The position numbers and the translations under genes were made by a program. This document shows, one piece after another, positions 1 to 11,730 of a stretch of DNA of 41,192 nt. The notes below the pieces were generated by a model. The model made no database searches. It was not told the origin of the DNA and saw only the letters and a program-made list of their open reading frames with translations. This DNA comes from Chiloscyllium plagiosum (lineage: Eukaryota), in NCBI RefSeq assembly GCF_004010195.1, contig NC_057719.1, positions 7,103,396-7,144,587 of the forward strand, given 5' to 3'. How positions within the stretch are numbered: position 1 is the stretch's first letter; each line of letters begins with the position of its first letter.

Positions 1-603
1 AGCAAAGAGGTTCTTCTGCAGCTGTACAGGGCCCTGGTGAGACCACACCTGGAGTATTGTGTGCAGTTCTGGTCTCCAAATTTGAGAAAAGACATTCTGG
101 CTATTGAGGGAGTGCAGCGTAGGTTCACGAGGTCAATTCCTGGACTGGCGGGACTACATTATGCTGAAAGACTGGAGCGACTGGGCTTGTATACCCTTGA
201 GTTTAGAAGACTGTGAGGGGATCTAATTGAGACATAAGATTATTAAAGAATTGGACACTCCGGAGGCAGAAAACATGTTTCTGCTGATGGGTATGTGCCG
301 AACCAGAGGACACAGCTTAAAAATACGGGTTAGACCATTTAGGGCAGAGATGAGGAGAAACATTTTCACCCAGAGAGTGGTGGCTGTGTGGAATGCTCTG
401 CCCCAGAGGGCAGTGGAGGCCCAGAATTTGGATTCATTTAAGAAAGAGTTAGATAGAGCTCTCAAGGATAGTGGAATCAAGGACTATGGAGATAAGGCAG
501 GAACAGGATACTGATTAAGGATGATCAGCCATGATCATATTGAATGGTGGTGCAGGCTCGAAAGGCAGAATGGCCTACTCCTGCACCTATTGTCTATTGT
601 CTA
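1..603 (+). mobile_element. CR1-clade LINE, 3' end (ORF2 C-terminus, 3' UTR, CTATTGT tail); runs off the window start
   Basis: Translates to LVRPHLEYCVQFWSP...TRGHSLKI...RRNIFTQRVVAVWNALP, typical of the CR1 ORF2 C-terminus; frameshift near 215-240; ends ctattgtctattgtcta. Same subfamily as 40443-41192. Confidence 0.93.
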
Positions 604-716
604 AATTTTTTCTGAACTCTCTCCAAATTAATAATCGCGTTCCTGTGGCAGGGCAACCAGAATTCGACACAGTACTCCGGAAGAGGCCTCTACAGTGTAC
701 AGCCTCAACTTGATCT

Positions 717-908
717 AATATTTATCCCTCAACTGGCATCGCAATACTGTCTGACATTTATTGTGGTTTGTGGTACATTTTTGTGATAATTGGCTGCCAT
801 TTTTCATATGTTACAACAACAGCTATTGTTGGAATTACGTAATTGACTAAGGGTTTTTTGAAGTATCAGAGGTTGTGAAAGACATTGTGTCACTGCAATC
901 TTTGTTCT
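717..908 (+). mobile_element. Degraded Deu-domain SINE (SacSINE1/AmnSINE1-like), 3' half
   Basis: aatatttatccctcaac...aattggctgcc...ttacaaca...gaggttgtgaaag...tgcaatcttt is colinear with the recalled DeuSINE 3' consensus. Confidence 0.65.
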
Positions 909-1640
909 TAAAAGTGCAAAATAAAGCTGATCGAAGTCATGCTTATATGATTTATTTTTATTCACCCGTATGTGGTTCAATGATCCAAAGGAAATTTAAG
1001 ATCTCTCGTGCTACTGCAGACTACTGAACTGTGGGTTTGTACTTGTTATCCCCAGTTCAGTCATAAGGTGAAAGGAGATAGCAAATGTATTGCTCCTCAG
1101 CCACAGAGGGGTGTTTTTCTGCTTATGAGAAAGATGTTTTCCCAGTCTCTTCCCCCATGGATGGCATGGTGCAACAAGAAACTTGAAAACGATGTTTTTC
1201 TTTAAATTTTCAAAAGTATTGTTGAATATTTTATTATGTATATGTTCGAGAAAAATATTCTTGAAATGTTGCTTAATGAAACTTTGGTGCCAATGAAGTT
1301 TGTATGAATTAGCAATGATAATGTAGAGACAAAATGGAGCAGGGTCTTACGGAGAATAATCGGCACCGATTTGAGAATTGTTGCTGCTGTGTGAGAACCA
1401 GGAGTTAGAACAAAACCTGCATAAGTCTTGACTGAATGTTTTCAATTCCAAATGGATTTTGTGATGCCCCGCAGAACGTTTGACCAAAACTGCATTTTGC
1501 TCTTCCTTTTGAAATGTGCATAAACGATACCAAAAATGACACCCTGGCTGTTTGTAGACCAAATTCAAAATACTGTGTTGGCTGTATCCAATTCTGATAA
1601 CTCCAAAATACCATTGACCAGACGCGTAGTAAGAATTTTG

Positions 1641-1793
1641 GTCAAAACAATGTGGCGCTGGAATTCCTGATGAAGGGCTTATACCCGAAACGTCGACTCT
1701 CCTGCTCCTCGCATGCTGCCTGACCCTGCTGTGTTTTTCTCGTGCCACACTTTTTGACCCTGATCTCTCGCATCTGGAGTCCTCACTTTGTCA
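1641..1793 (+). mobile_element. Penelope-like element terminal fragment (family A) with a short inverted arm at 1641-1663
   Basis: ttcctgatgaagggc...gctgcctgacc...gcatctggagtcctcacttt aligns with the PLE ends at 11695-11826 and 31041-31165. Confidence 0.85.
1663..1698 (+). ncRNA. Minimal hammerhead ribozyme motif (one stem II mismatch)
   Basis: tc-CTGATGA-a-GGGCttatACCC-GAAA-C-GTC-ga. Confidence 0.6.
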
Positions 1794-2069
1794 CAATCAA
1801 AATTTTGCTGAACAAGTATGACTCAGTGCAGCAGAATCTATGGTTGGATTTAAACACACGCCTAAAGTCAGCTGATATAAACACAGTTAATTGGTCCTTT
1901 ATAAACAGAAGTACGTGCATTAGTTAAAAAGTGAATGTTCGTATAAACTAATGGTATATTGTTTCACATTTCGGTTTTAAAATGGCCAGTTTTGTTCCTC
2001 TTCTCGACAACTTTGTCCTTTTTTTCTGCTACATTCAGCTGCTGTAAAGGATTGTTTCTTGCTATCGTG

Positions 2070-2390
2070 AGTTAGCGGTTGCCATGGTGATACATGCCAT
2101 AACTGTAACATGATGCAAAACATGTGTCTGACTCAGTTGTAAACAGAGCCTTTAAGTCGCCAGTCACTTGCCAATGAACTCCAGTATTCCAACCCACTCA
2201 ATGCCACACCCTGAAGGTCATAAACCAGCAGAAATGGGGTTTTCTCATCTAAGATATTTTTTGGTCTCTCAAATGCTTTCCATTTTATTGGAAGCCACAT
2301 ATTGACCTTTTCTCAGCAGCTGTGTGCACTTTCAACAAACTGCACTCTTGCTTCGGAGAATTTAAGCTTTGCCGTTGCCAGGCAGCAGAT
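2070..2390. promoter_or_regulatory. Candidate enhancer-like motif cluster in unique sequence
   Basis: RFX X-box-like GTTGCCATGGTGAT 2078-2091, AP-1 TGACTCA 2129-2135, forkhead TGTAAACA 2138-2145, CCAAT 2171-2175, KLF GCCACACCC 2203-2211, second X-box-like GTTGCCAGGCAGC 2374-2386. Motif evidence only. Confidence 0.4.
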
Positions 2391-3194
2391 ATGTTAATCA
2401 CGTCGCCACCATGCCCTTGAGCAGTTGCCGACCGCACTATAAATTCTTTGTCTTGCTCGTCACTGCAAATAGATATTGTCTACAAACTGCATAACCTCAA
2501 TTATTGAGTTGTGTATCTGCTCGACAGATGCATGCGAATGCAGCTTATTTCACCATTTGCAATAATATCTACTATCATGACGGCACCAACTTTGCTTTAA
2601 TATACTTATCGTTTTGGAACAATCTTATGTTTTTTTTAAAAAAAAACAAAGTATCAAGGAATGCATTATGTAGAAGAACAATGCCTGTTTGTCCTATATT
2701 AAAGAGAGATAAATATCAGTGAAAGGTTTAATTTCACCTGTGCGTAATGCAAATAAGCCACTTACAAATTACAAAAAAAGTTGAATTGGTTCATCTAAAT
2801 ATGTGCAGGATATAAGCACGCAATATTAAGTGCATGCAAATTATGAATGTGACAACTTCAAAAATTGGGCTGAGCAGAATTCCAGATGACTTTTGAAAGC
2901 GTTATTTTCTTTTTCCAGAGCAACTCAGTTATTGAGAGGAGAGAGGTCAAACGAGATTTATTTTATGGTCTACTATTTTATTTAGAAGTATGACTTTAAA
3001 AAAAATTAGTTAATACTGCAAATATTTGTGCACCATTGTGTTCATGTAGGGTTTTGAATGTGATCAGAGGTACATGTACTTCAGTCAAGTGAATTCAATT
3101 GTGGGTTTAAAAATTATTTTGTAAGGCTGAGGCAGTGCATGCCGTTCCAAAGTTGATTGTCCACTCATTCATTGGGCGACTGCTAAACAACCAA

Positions 3195-3402
3195 GTCTTA
3201 CCCTCTACCTGTCTTCACCAATCCCTACTTCACCACCCTGTCCCCTATCTGCAGTTCCCCTTACACCCATCCCCAATCCTGAAGTAGGGTTACATCCCAA
3301 ACGTTGACTTCACCACCACCTTCTGCTGCCTGGCTTGCTGTGTTCTTCCAGCCTCCTGCCTGTCTACTTTGGATTCCAGCATCTGCAGTTTTTTTGTCTC
3401 TA
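3195..3402 (+). mobile_element. Old Penelope-like terminal fragment with a decayed hammerhead motif (~3275-3310)
   Basis: C-rich tract, then cctgaagtagggttacatcccaaacgttgac...gctgcctggcttgctgtg...ccagcatctgcag, colinear with the family A ends. Confidence 0.75.
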
Positions 3403-3429
3403 CTACAACTTTAGATTTGTTTTAATGCA

Positions 3430-5300
3430 TACTTGGAGAACCTGGTTGAAGCCACCAAACAGGAATACTTGCACACCAAACAGCATAAGGAGCAAGTGAT
3501 AGAGCTAAGCAAACCCACAACCAATGGATCAAATTTAAACTCTGTGGTCCTGCCACATCTAGTTGTGAACAATTAAACAATTCACTGGAGGATGCGGCTT
3601 TGCAAATATTCCCTCCAGTGGTGGAAGAGCCCAGCACATCATTGCAAAAGATAAGGCTGAAGCCTTTGCAGCAATGCAGAAGTGCAGAGTGGATAATCCA
3701 CCTTGGTCTTCTCCAGTAATCCCCAGCATGGCATATACCAGTCTTCAGTCAATTTGATTCACTCCACATGATATCCAGAAACAGTTGGAGGCACTGGATA
3801 CTTGCTATGGGTCCTGACAACATTTCAGCAATAGTTTTGAAGACTTGTGCTCCAGAACCTGCTGCTCCGCTAGCCAAGCTGTTCCAGTACAGTTACAACA
3901 CTGGCATCTCCCGATGATGAGGAAAATATAAAAAGCAGGACAAATCCAATCCAACCAACTGCTGCCCCATTAGTCTACTGTTGATCAACAGTAAAGTGAT
4001 GAAAGGTGTTAACAAGCAGCACATGCTCACCAATAATTTGCTCAGTGGCACCCAGTTTGGGTTCAGCCATGGCCACTCAGCTCCTGGCTTCTTTACAGCC
4101 TTGATTCAAACATGGACAAAAGAGCAGAATTCCAGAGGTAAGGTGAGAGTGACAGCCCTTGACATAAAGTCTATATCTGACCAAATGTGGCATGAAGGAG
4201 TCCTAACAAAACTGGAATCAATTGGCATCAGGGGGCAAACTCTCTCATGGTTTGTCATACCTGACACACAGGAAGGTGGTTGTGGTCTTTGGAGGTCAGT
4301 CACCTCAGCTCCAGGACATCTTTGCAGGAGTTCCTTGGTCGTGTCCTAGGCCTAACTATCTTCAGTTGCTTCATCAATGACTTTCCATCCATCATAAGAT
4401 CTGAAGAGGGGATGTTCACTGTTGATTGCATAATGTTCAGCACCATTCATGACAACTAAGACACTGAAGCAGTCCGTGTCCGAATGCAACAAGATCTGGA
4501 TAATATCCAGACTTGGTCTGGCAAGTTACAAGTAGCATTTTCATGGCACGCAAATGTCAGGCTATGACCATCACCTAATGTGACAATCTAATCATTGCCC
4601 CTTGACATTCAATGGTGTTACAGTCACTGAATCCCCCACTATCAACATCCTGGGAGTTATCGTTCATAACTCGACTGGACTCACCTCATAAATGTAGTGC
4701 CTACAAGAACAGGTCAGAGACCAGAAATACTCCGGCAATAACTCACCACCTGACTCCTGAAAGCCTGTTCGCTAACTACAAGGCCCAAGTCAGGAGCGTG
4801 ACTGAATACTTCCCGCTTGCCTGGATGAATGCAGCTCAATAACACTCGAGACGCTTGACACCATCCAAGACAAAGCCGTTTGCTTGATTGACACTGCATC
4901 CACAAGTATCCACTCCCTCCACCACCGATGCTCAGTAGCAGCAGTGTATTGTATCTGCAAGATACACTACAGAAATTCACCAAAGATCCTCGGACAGCAT
5001 CTTCCAAACCCTTTGGCCACTTCCATCTAGAAGGACAAGGGCAGTAGGTACATGGGAACATCATCTCCTTCATTTTCCCCTCCAAGCCAATCACCATCCT
5101 GACTTGGAAATATTTTGGTGTTCCTTTACTGTCACTGGTTGAAAATCCTGCATTTCTGTCCCTAATGACATTGTGGGTCACCCACAGCAGGTGGACTTCT
5201 ATGCTTCAAGAAGACAGCTCACAACCACCTTAAGGGCAACTGGGGATGGGCAATAAATGATGACCAGCCAGCGATGCCTACGTCCTGCACAATGAATAAA
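3430..5300 (+). mobile_element. Decayed CR1/L2-group LINE (RT domain to 3' end) with an LF-SINE-type tail
   Basis: RT motifs QFGF..GHS, ALDIKSISDQMWHEG.L.KL..IGIRG (ORF 3981-4349) and YKAQVRSVTEY (ORF 4612-4842); many stops and frameshifts; ends gggatgggcaataaat...atgaataaa. Confidence 0.88.
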
Positions 5301-5324
5301 TACTTTTTTTTTAAACACCAAATT

Positions 5325-6400
5325 CCTCCTTCACCATCCTCTACACCTGCAACTCTACTTCCAAGGAACTATGAATGTGCACTCCAAGGTCTCTTTATTC
5401 AGCAATACTCCCCAGGACCTGACCATTATGTATACAAGTCCTGCTCTGATTTGCATTTCCCAAATGCAACACCTGACATTTATCAAAATTAAACTCTATC
5501 TGCCACTCCTCAGCCCATTGGCCCATATTGTCAAGATCCCATTGTATTCTGAGGTAGCCTTCTTCGCTGTCCACTACACCTCCAATTTTGGTGTCATCTG
5601 CAAACTTTACTAACCTTACTTTGATACAAAGCAGTGGACCCAGCAGCAACCTTTGTGGCACAGGCTTTCGGTTTGAAAAGCAACCCCCCCCACCACCACC
5701 CTGTCTTCTATCTTCTATCTTTTAGCCAGTTCTGTATCCAAGTGGCTAGTTCTCCTTGTGTTCCATGTGATCTAACCTTGCTACAATGAGGAACTTTGTC
5801 GCATGCCTTACTGAAGTCTGAATAGATCATGCCCACTGCTCTCAATAATCCTCTTCATTACTACTTCAAAAAAACTCAGTTGTGAATGAGAGACAATTTC
5901 CCATACATAAAGGCATGTTGACTATTGCTAATCAGTCATTGCGTTTCCTAATGCATGAAAATCCTATCCTTCAAGACTCCTTCTGACAACTTGTCCCCAT
6001 CACCGATGTGAGGCTCAACGATCTATAGTTCCCTGGATTTTCCTTACCATTTTTCTTAAATAGTGGCATCATGTTAGCCAGTCTCCAGTCTTCTGACACC
6101 TCGCCTGTCGCTATCAATGATACAAAGGGGTTCAGCAATCACTTCTCAAGCTTCCTTTAGAGTTTTGGGTACACATGATCAGGTCCCGGGGGTTTATGTA
6201 CCTTTATGCGTTTTAAGACATCCATTTTTCAAGAAATAGCGATATATTTCCGTATCCTTCTCTGAACGCTGATGCAAAATACTCATTTAGTATCTCCCCC
6301 ACTATTTTCCTTTGACAGACCAGTACCTAGAATGGAATGCCTGTTTAAGAGAGGAATAGCTACAGGACACTTTTAAATGCACCTTACCTGTTCTTACACA
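5325..6400 (-). mobile_element. HER1/CR1 LINE, internally deleted and decayed
   Basis: Minus ORF 5395-5661 gives KFADDTKIGGVVDSEEG...WAEEWQIEFN; colinear with 29322-33900 with deletions. Confidence 0.88.
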
Positions 6401-6554
6401 AATTTTAATCTTAAGCATGCAAAAGATAAAAACAACTTAAAATCTTTTTAAAAAACAAATCAAGCACTTCGCTGAAACACTCAACTGAAAAAAAGCCTTT
6501 TCCAGTCCTGTATCAAGTCAGTTTTCAAGTCTCTAGACAAACTGGAAAAAATAA

Positions 6555-6685
6555 ATCTGAAGACTGGTTACTAGACCAAAAATGTTGACTGATATCTGAC
6601 CACAGATGCTGCCAGACTTGCTGAGATTTTCCAGCAAGTTCTGTTTTTGTTTGATTTTCAGCATCCACAGTTCTTTCAGTTTTTT
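6555..6685 (+). mobile_element. Old Penelope-like terminal fragment
   Basis: ctgagaagactggttactagaccaaaaatgttgact...cacagatgctgccagacttgctgag...cagcatccacagtt resembles the other PLE ends; hammerhead core decayed. Confidence 0.65.
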
Positions 6686-7429
6686 TTAAATTCTCTCTCC
6701 AGAGCTGTCGAAACATGTGGACAAGCCTTTCCCAAATCTCCCCTTTGCATGTTTTTCTTTTTGTTTTGAATCATAGTCGTTTCAAACAGAAAAAAATGAT
6801 CCCTCTCCAAATAAAATATTCATTTACACACAGCTCATTTATTCTTTGCATCATCTTTAAAATATTTGCAGCAAAGCTGTCAGGACATATAACAAATGTG
6901 CCAGTCTAGTTCTTAAAGTTCAGTTTGAGATAGAGTCATCACATTTGTTACATTTTTAAAAATAAAGCCTCCAACCATTTTTACAGATACATTTTCTCTT
7001 GTGGGTATCATTGGCAATTGAGTTAATGATTTTTATTTGAAATGTGTATTTTTGAAGTTTCTGCTTCCATTTCTACTTTGAAGCTATTAATTTCCCATCT
7101 GTTGAGATTGTGCAAGTAATTGATACAGTACATATGTTGTGAATAAAACCAAAGACATCTGCATCTGTCTACCAAATCATTTCTTGAAATATAGGGCTTC
7201 TCACGTTTTCCTGCTTCAATTTTGTCCCCATATTGATTTCTTTACTTCAGTGTTCAACTTCACATGTCACTCACTGTGACATTTCAGCAAAGATAACACA
7301 TTCTCTTTCCTAAGCATTGTGAAAGCATTCATTGACATTAAGTAGTAAATCGTGCACCACTGTAAAAACTCTGGAATATTCACTTATATTTTAATCCTAC
7401 TTTAAATCAACAGGAATATTCAAAGCTTG

Positions 7430-7686
7430 GGAGAAGATTTGTAGCTCGGGTGCTCGTTGTTGTGGTTCTGTTCGCCGAGCTGGAAATATTTGTTGCAAAC
7501 GTTTCGTCCCCTGTCTAGGTGACATCCTCAGTGCTTGGGAGCCTCCTGTGAAGCGCTTCTGTGGTGTTTCCTCCGGTATTTATAGTGGCCTGTCCCTGCC
7601 GCTTCCGGTTGTCAGTTTCAGCTGTCCGTTGTCGTGGCCGGTATATTGGGTCCAGGTCGATGTGTTTGTTGATGGAGTTTGTGGAT
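7430..7686 (-). mobile_element. Penelope-like element 3' end (family B)
   Basis: Minus strand encodes STNSINKHIDLDPIYRP (GIY-YIG C-terminal tail), followed by a terminal region homologous to 39188-39430. Confidence 0.82.
7495..7534 (-). ncRNA. Minimal hammerhead ribozyme motif (family B), core intact
   Basis: Reverse complement reads GCA-CTGAGGA-t-GTCaCCTagacAGGgGAC-GAAA-C-GTT-TGC: stem I GCA/TGC, paired stem II, NUH = GUU. Confidence 0.72.
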
Positions 7687-7687
7687 C

Positions 7688-8092
7688 ATGGCATGTCTTA
7701 TGAAGAAAGGTTGAGGGATCAAGGGCTTTCGTCATTGGAGCGAAGAAGGGTGAGAGGTAACTTGATAGAGGTCTCCAAGATGAGAGGCATCAATAGAGTG
7801 GACAGAGAGAGACTTTTCCCCAGGACGCAAATGGCTAATGCAAGGGGGCATAATTTTAAGGTATTCGGTGGAATGTTTAGATGTCAGAGGTAGGTTCTTT
7901 ATACAGAGTGGTGGGTGCGTGGTATGCAGTGCCACCACTGGAAGTAGAGTCCGAAACATCAGGGACATTTAAACGACTCTTGGATAGGCACATAGTACGA
8001 TGAAGGGTATATAGGTTAATTTGATCTTAGAGAAGGATAAAAGGTCAGCACAACATCGAGGGCTGAAGGGACTGCACTGTGCTATGTTCTAA
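7688..8092 (+). mobile_element. CR1-clade LINE, 5'-truncated 3' end
   Basis: GMSYEERLRDQGLSSLERRRVRGNLIEV...RGHNFKV, followed by a 3' UTR ending gctatgttcta. Confidence 0.9.
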
Positions 8093-8149
8093 GTACCCTG
8101 TTTCTTAAAGAGTCAAAACCCTGACTGAAAGAGCTTGAGATTTACTGTC

Positions 8150-8365
8150 CTTTGCAGTCACAAGAAATTTCAAAATATCTCAAAACCAATTAATCAAATG
8201 TAGCCAGTGTTACGGAAGCAAATCAGAACAGCCAAAGTACACAGAAAAATGTCAACACAATAAACTGGTAGTGTTATTTACCAGTGGAGATTAGAATGTA
8301 CTCAAGTGGTCTATGAACCATGAATCTGCACTTTTAAAATACAAGTTTGCACTTGCCGAAAGGTA
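8150..8365 (-). mobile_element. Highly degraded Deu-domain SINE
   Basis: Loose colinear match (aaccaattaa..aatgtagccagtgtta..cagccaaagtacacag) to the reverse complement of the DeuSINE tail seen at 717-908. Confidence 0.35.
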
Positions 8366-9237
8366 CCTTGCCACTGAAGTGAATTCGAGATGTATAATAT
8401 CAACTTGCTATGAGTGAATTATTTCGACTTCAAAGCTACACCAACACTTTCACATTAATGCACATCCAAAACCACATATGCATCACTGCAGCAGTTATTA
8501 GCTCAATGTTAAAGGAAATTACGATCCATGATATTTAAAGCCTAGTTTCCATGAAAAGTCTTCATAAGCTGACAGCATCATACTACTGGTCTTACAATAG
8601 TCAAGAGGGATTTAGAGAAGCAGATATGTATGGAAATCTCAGAAAGGCGTTAGGGTTATAATTGTAGGGGATTTCAACTTTGCTAACATTAATTGGAATG
8701 ACCTTAGTGTGAAAGGATTAAATGGGTGGAATTTTTGAAGCGAGTCCAAGAGAGCTTTTTGTGCCAGTAGACAAATAGCCCTACTAGAGATCGGACAGTG
8801 CTAGACTAATCCTAGGGAATTAAGCTGGTCAAGTGGTTAATGTTTCAATGATTGAACATTTTGGGAATAGTGACCATAACTCCAAGTTTCAAGTCATTAT
8901 GGAAAGGGATAAAGATAGTGCAGAAGGGTCTAAAATGGGATAAGGCTGATTTTAATATCATTGGACAATATCTGGCAAACAGTCTGGAAGTTATTTGCAG
9001 GCAAGTCTAAATTTGGAAAGTGGGAGTCTTTTAACAGTAGTATGTTAAAAGCATGCTTCTTTCAAGGGCAAGGTCAATTAAGTCCAAGGAAGTCAGAGGA
9101 TAGAGATAGAAAGAAAAAGGAGGAAGTATATGTCAGTTACAGCACATTACGAGTAGGGGAGGCCCTTCAGAAGTAAAGAGTACGGGAAGTTGTGTGAAGA
9201 GGAAATTAGGAGGGCAAACAAAAGGCACAAAATATTG

Positions 9238-10840
9238 TGTCATACAGTGAAAGAGATGTCCAGCACGAAATAGACCCCCTCGGTCCAACTCGCCCATGAA
9301 GACCAGATATCCTAAATTAATCTAGTCCCAATTGCCAGCATTTGACCTTTATCCCTCCAAACCCTCATGTGGCCTTCCAGATGCCTTTTAAATGTTGTAA
9401 TTGTACCAGCCTCCACTACCTCCTCAAGCAGCTCATTCCACACATGCACCACCCTCTGCATGAAAAGTTGCCCCTTAGGCACCTTTTAAATCATTCTTCT
9501 CTCACCTTAAACTTATGCTCTCTTGTGTTGAACTGCTCCACTCAAGGAAAAATAACTTGGTATTCACCCTGTGATTTTGTAAACTTCTATAAGATCACTC
9601 CTCAGCCGCCAACACTCCAGGGAAAATAGTCCCACCCCATTCGGTGTGTCTCTATAGCTGAAAATCTCCAATCCTGGCGACATCTTTGTAAATCCTTTCT
9701 AAACCCTTTCAAGTTTCACAACATCCTTCCTATAGCGGGGAGACCAGAATTGAATGCAGTATTCCAGAAGTGGCCTAACCAATGCCCTGTACAGTCGCAA
9801 CATGACCTCCCAACTCCTAAACTCAATGCACTGACCAATAAAGGCAATCACACCAAATGCCGCCTTCATTACTGTGTCTACCTGCAACTCCACTTGCAAG
9901 GAACCATGAACCTGCACCCCAAAGCTTCTTTGTTCACCAATACCTCCTAGGACCTTACCATTAGGTTTATCAGTCCTGCTTTGACTTACTTTTCCGAAAT
10001 GCAGCACCTCACGTTTATCCAAATTAAACTCCATCTGATCAAGATTCTGTCGTACTGTGAGGTAACCTTCTTTGCTGTCCACTACAATTTTAGTGTCATC
10101 TGCAAATTAACCATACCTCTTACAGTCACATGTAAAAAGAACATAGAACATATAACAATACAACACATGAATGGGCCCTTCGGCCCAGGATGCTGTGCCA
10201 AATGTGACACCAAATTAAAACTAACCCCTTCTGCCTACTATATCCTTCAACTTGTTGCATGTTCATGTGTTTATCTAAAAGTCTCTTAAAAGCCCCTATC
10301 GTATCTCCTCCACCACAACCTCTGGCAGCTTGTTCCAGACTCCTGCCATTCTATGTGTAAAAATCATTTATACAAATGACAAAAAGCAGTTGACCCAGCA
10401 CCGATCTTTGTGGCACTCGACTGATCACAGGCCTCCAGTCCAAAAAGAAACACTCCACCACCACCTGTCTCCTAGCTTAGAACTGATTTTGTATCCAAAT
10501 GGCTAGCTCTCCCTGGATTCTAACTTTGCTACCATGTGGAACCTTATCGAAGGGCGTATCAAGTCCATACAGACAAGTTCCACCACTCCTTTGTCATACA
10601 AATATCTCACGAAGGGGCGCAGCAATCACTTCCCTAGCTTCCCATAATATTCTGAAGAACACTTGATCAGGTGACAACGATTTATCCATCTTTATGCATT
10701 TTAAGACGTCCAGCATGTCCTCTTCTGTAATATGGACATTTTTCAAGATATCACTATTTCTGTGTTCTCTAGTTTCCATATCCTTCTGCACGGGAAACGC
10801 TGATCTAAAATACTTGTTTAATATCTTACCAATTTCCGGT
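9238..10840 (-). mobile_element. HER1/CR1 LINE 3' portion nested in the older + strand CR1
   Basis: Minus ORF 9699-10082 gives LYRALVRPLLEYCIQFWSP; 3' UTR at 9238-9340 matches 13741-13860. Confidence 0.9.
10136..10362 (-). mobile_element. Short CR1 3' end of another subfamily nested inside the 9238-10840 element
   Basis: Starts with the tail aagaacatagaacata, then ggcccttcggcc; interrupts the host between tcacatgtaaa and tcatttatac. Confidence 0.78.
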
Positions 10841-11449
10841 GGTGCTTTGGCAGATGGGATCAAAGAAAATCTCAAAGTTTTTTCTAAGTATATTAGGAGT
10901 AAGAGAATTACCAGGGGAAAAAAAAAGACCAAAGGGGCAATCAGTGCAAGGAGCTAATGGTCACGCGTGAGGTTTTAAATGAATACTTCTCACCTGTACA
11001 TTCAAAGTGGAGAAAGTTATTGTAGATAGAGATTTCAGTTGGAATGGTGAGGTTCTAGAACACATTAAGATGAATAAGCTGATATTAGATGTTTTAGTTG
11101 GCATACCCCAGGTGCATAAATCCCCAAGACCTGATGAGATGCCTCCCATAGCAGCCTGGCATACAAAGGAAGAGATCGCTGGGGCTCTGGCAGTGATATT
11201 TAATACTTTGCAGGCCAGAAGGAGAAATGTCGGATGGCTGAAGGATAGCAAATGGGGTTTCTTTATTTGAGAAGGGTAGCAGGAATAAGCCAGGTAATTA
11301 CAGACTAGCTAGCCTAACATCAATGGGAAGGAATTATTGGAAAGAATTCTGAAGAACAGGATTAATCAATATTTGGAAAGACAGGAACAGATTGGGGATA
11401 GTCAGCATGGAACAGCACAGCAGGTCAGGCAGCATCCAGGGAACAGGAG

Positions 11450-11485
11450 ATTCGACGTTTCGGGCACAGGCCCTTCTTCAGGAAT
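11450..11485 (-). ncRNA. Minimal hammerhead ribozyme motif (mirror of 11695-11730)
   Basis: attcgacgtttcgggcacaggcccttcttcaggaat is the reverse complement of the motif at 11695-11730. Confidence 0.72.
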
Positions 11486-11694
11486 GAGCAGAGAGTGTTC
11501 AGCAGGAGAAGATAAAAGGTAGGGAGGAGGGACTTGGAGGAGGGGAGTTGGAAATGTGATAGGTGGAAAGAGGTCAAGGTGAGGGTGAGGGTCACCCTCA
11601 CCTTGACCTCTTTCCACCTATCACATTTCCAACTCCCCTCCTCCAAGTCCCTCCTCCCTACCTTTTATCTTCTCCTGCTGAACACTCTCTGCTC

Positions 11695-11730
11695 ATTCCT
11701 GAAGAAGGGCCTGTGCCCGAAACGTCGAAT
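11695..11730 (+). ncRNA. Minimal hammerhead ribozyme motif, core intact
   Basis: ATTC-CTGAAGA-a-GGGCctgtGCCC-GAAA-C-GTC-GAAT: stem I ATTC/GAAT, stem II 4 bp, predicted cleavage after GUC at 11726. Confidence 0.75.

Noticed and set aside
1346..1420. Possible minus-strand 36-nt exon (ctaac...cacacag| ... TCC|gtaaga)
   Set aside because: Weak donor, no recognisable peptide, and opposite to the apparent + strand intronic skew.
2405..2494. Perfect Kozak GCCACCATG opening a 27-aa ORF (MPLSSCRPHYK...)
   Set aside because: No splice donor, no recognisable peptide, and an early stop; a single motif is insufficient.
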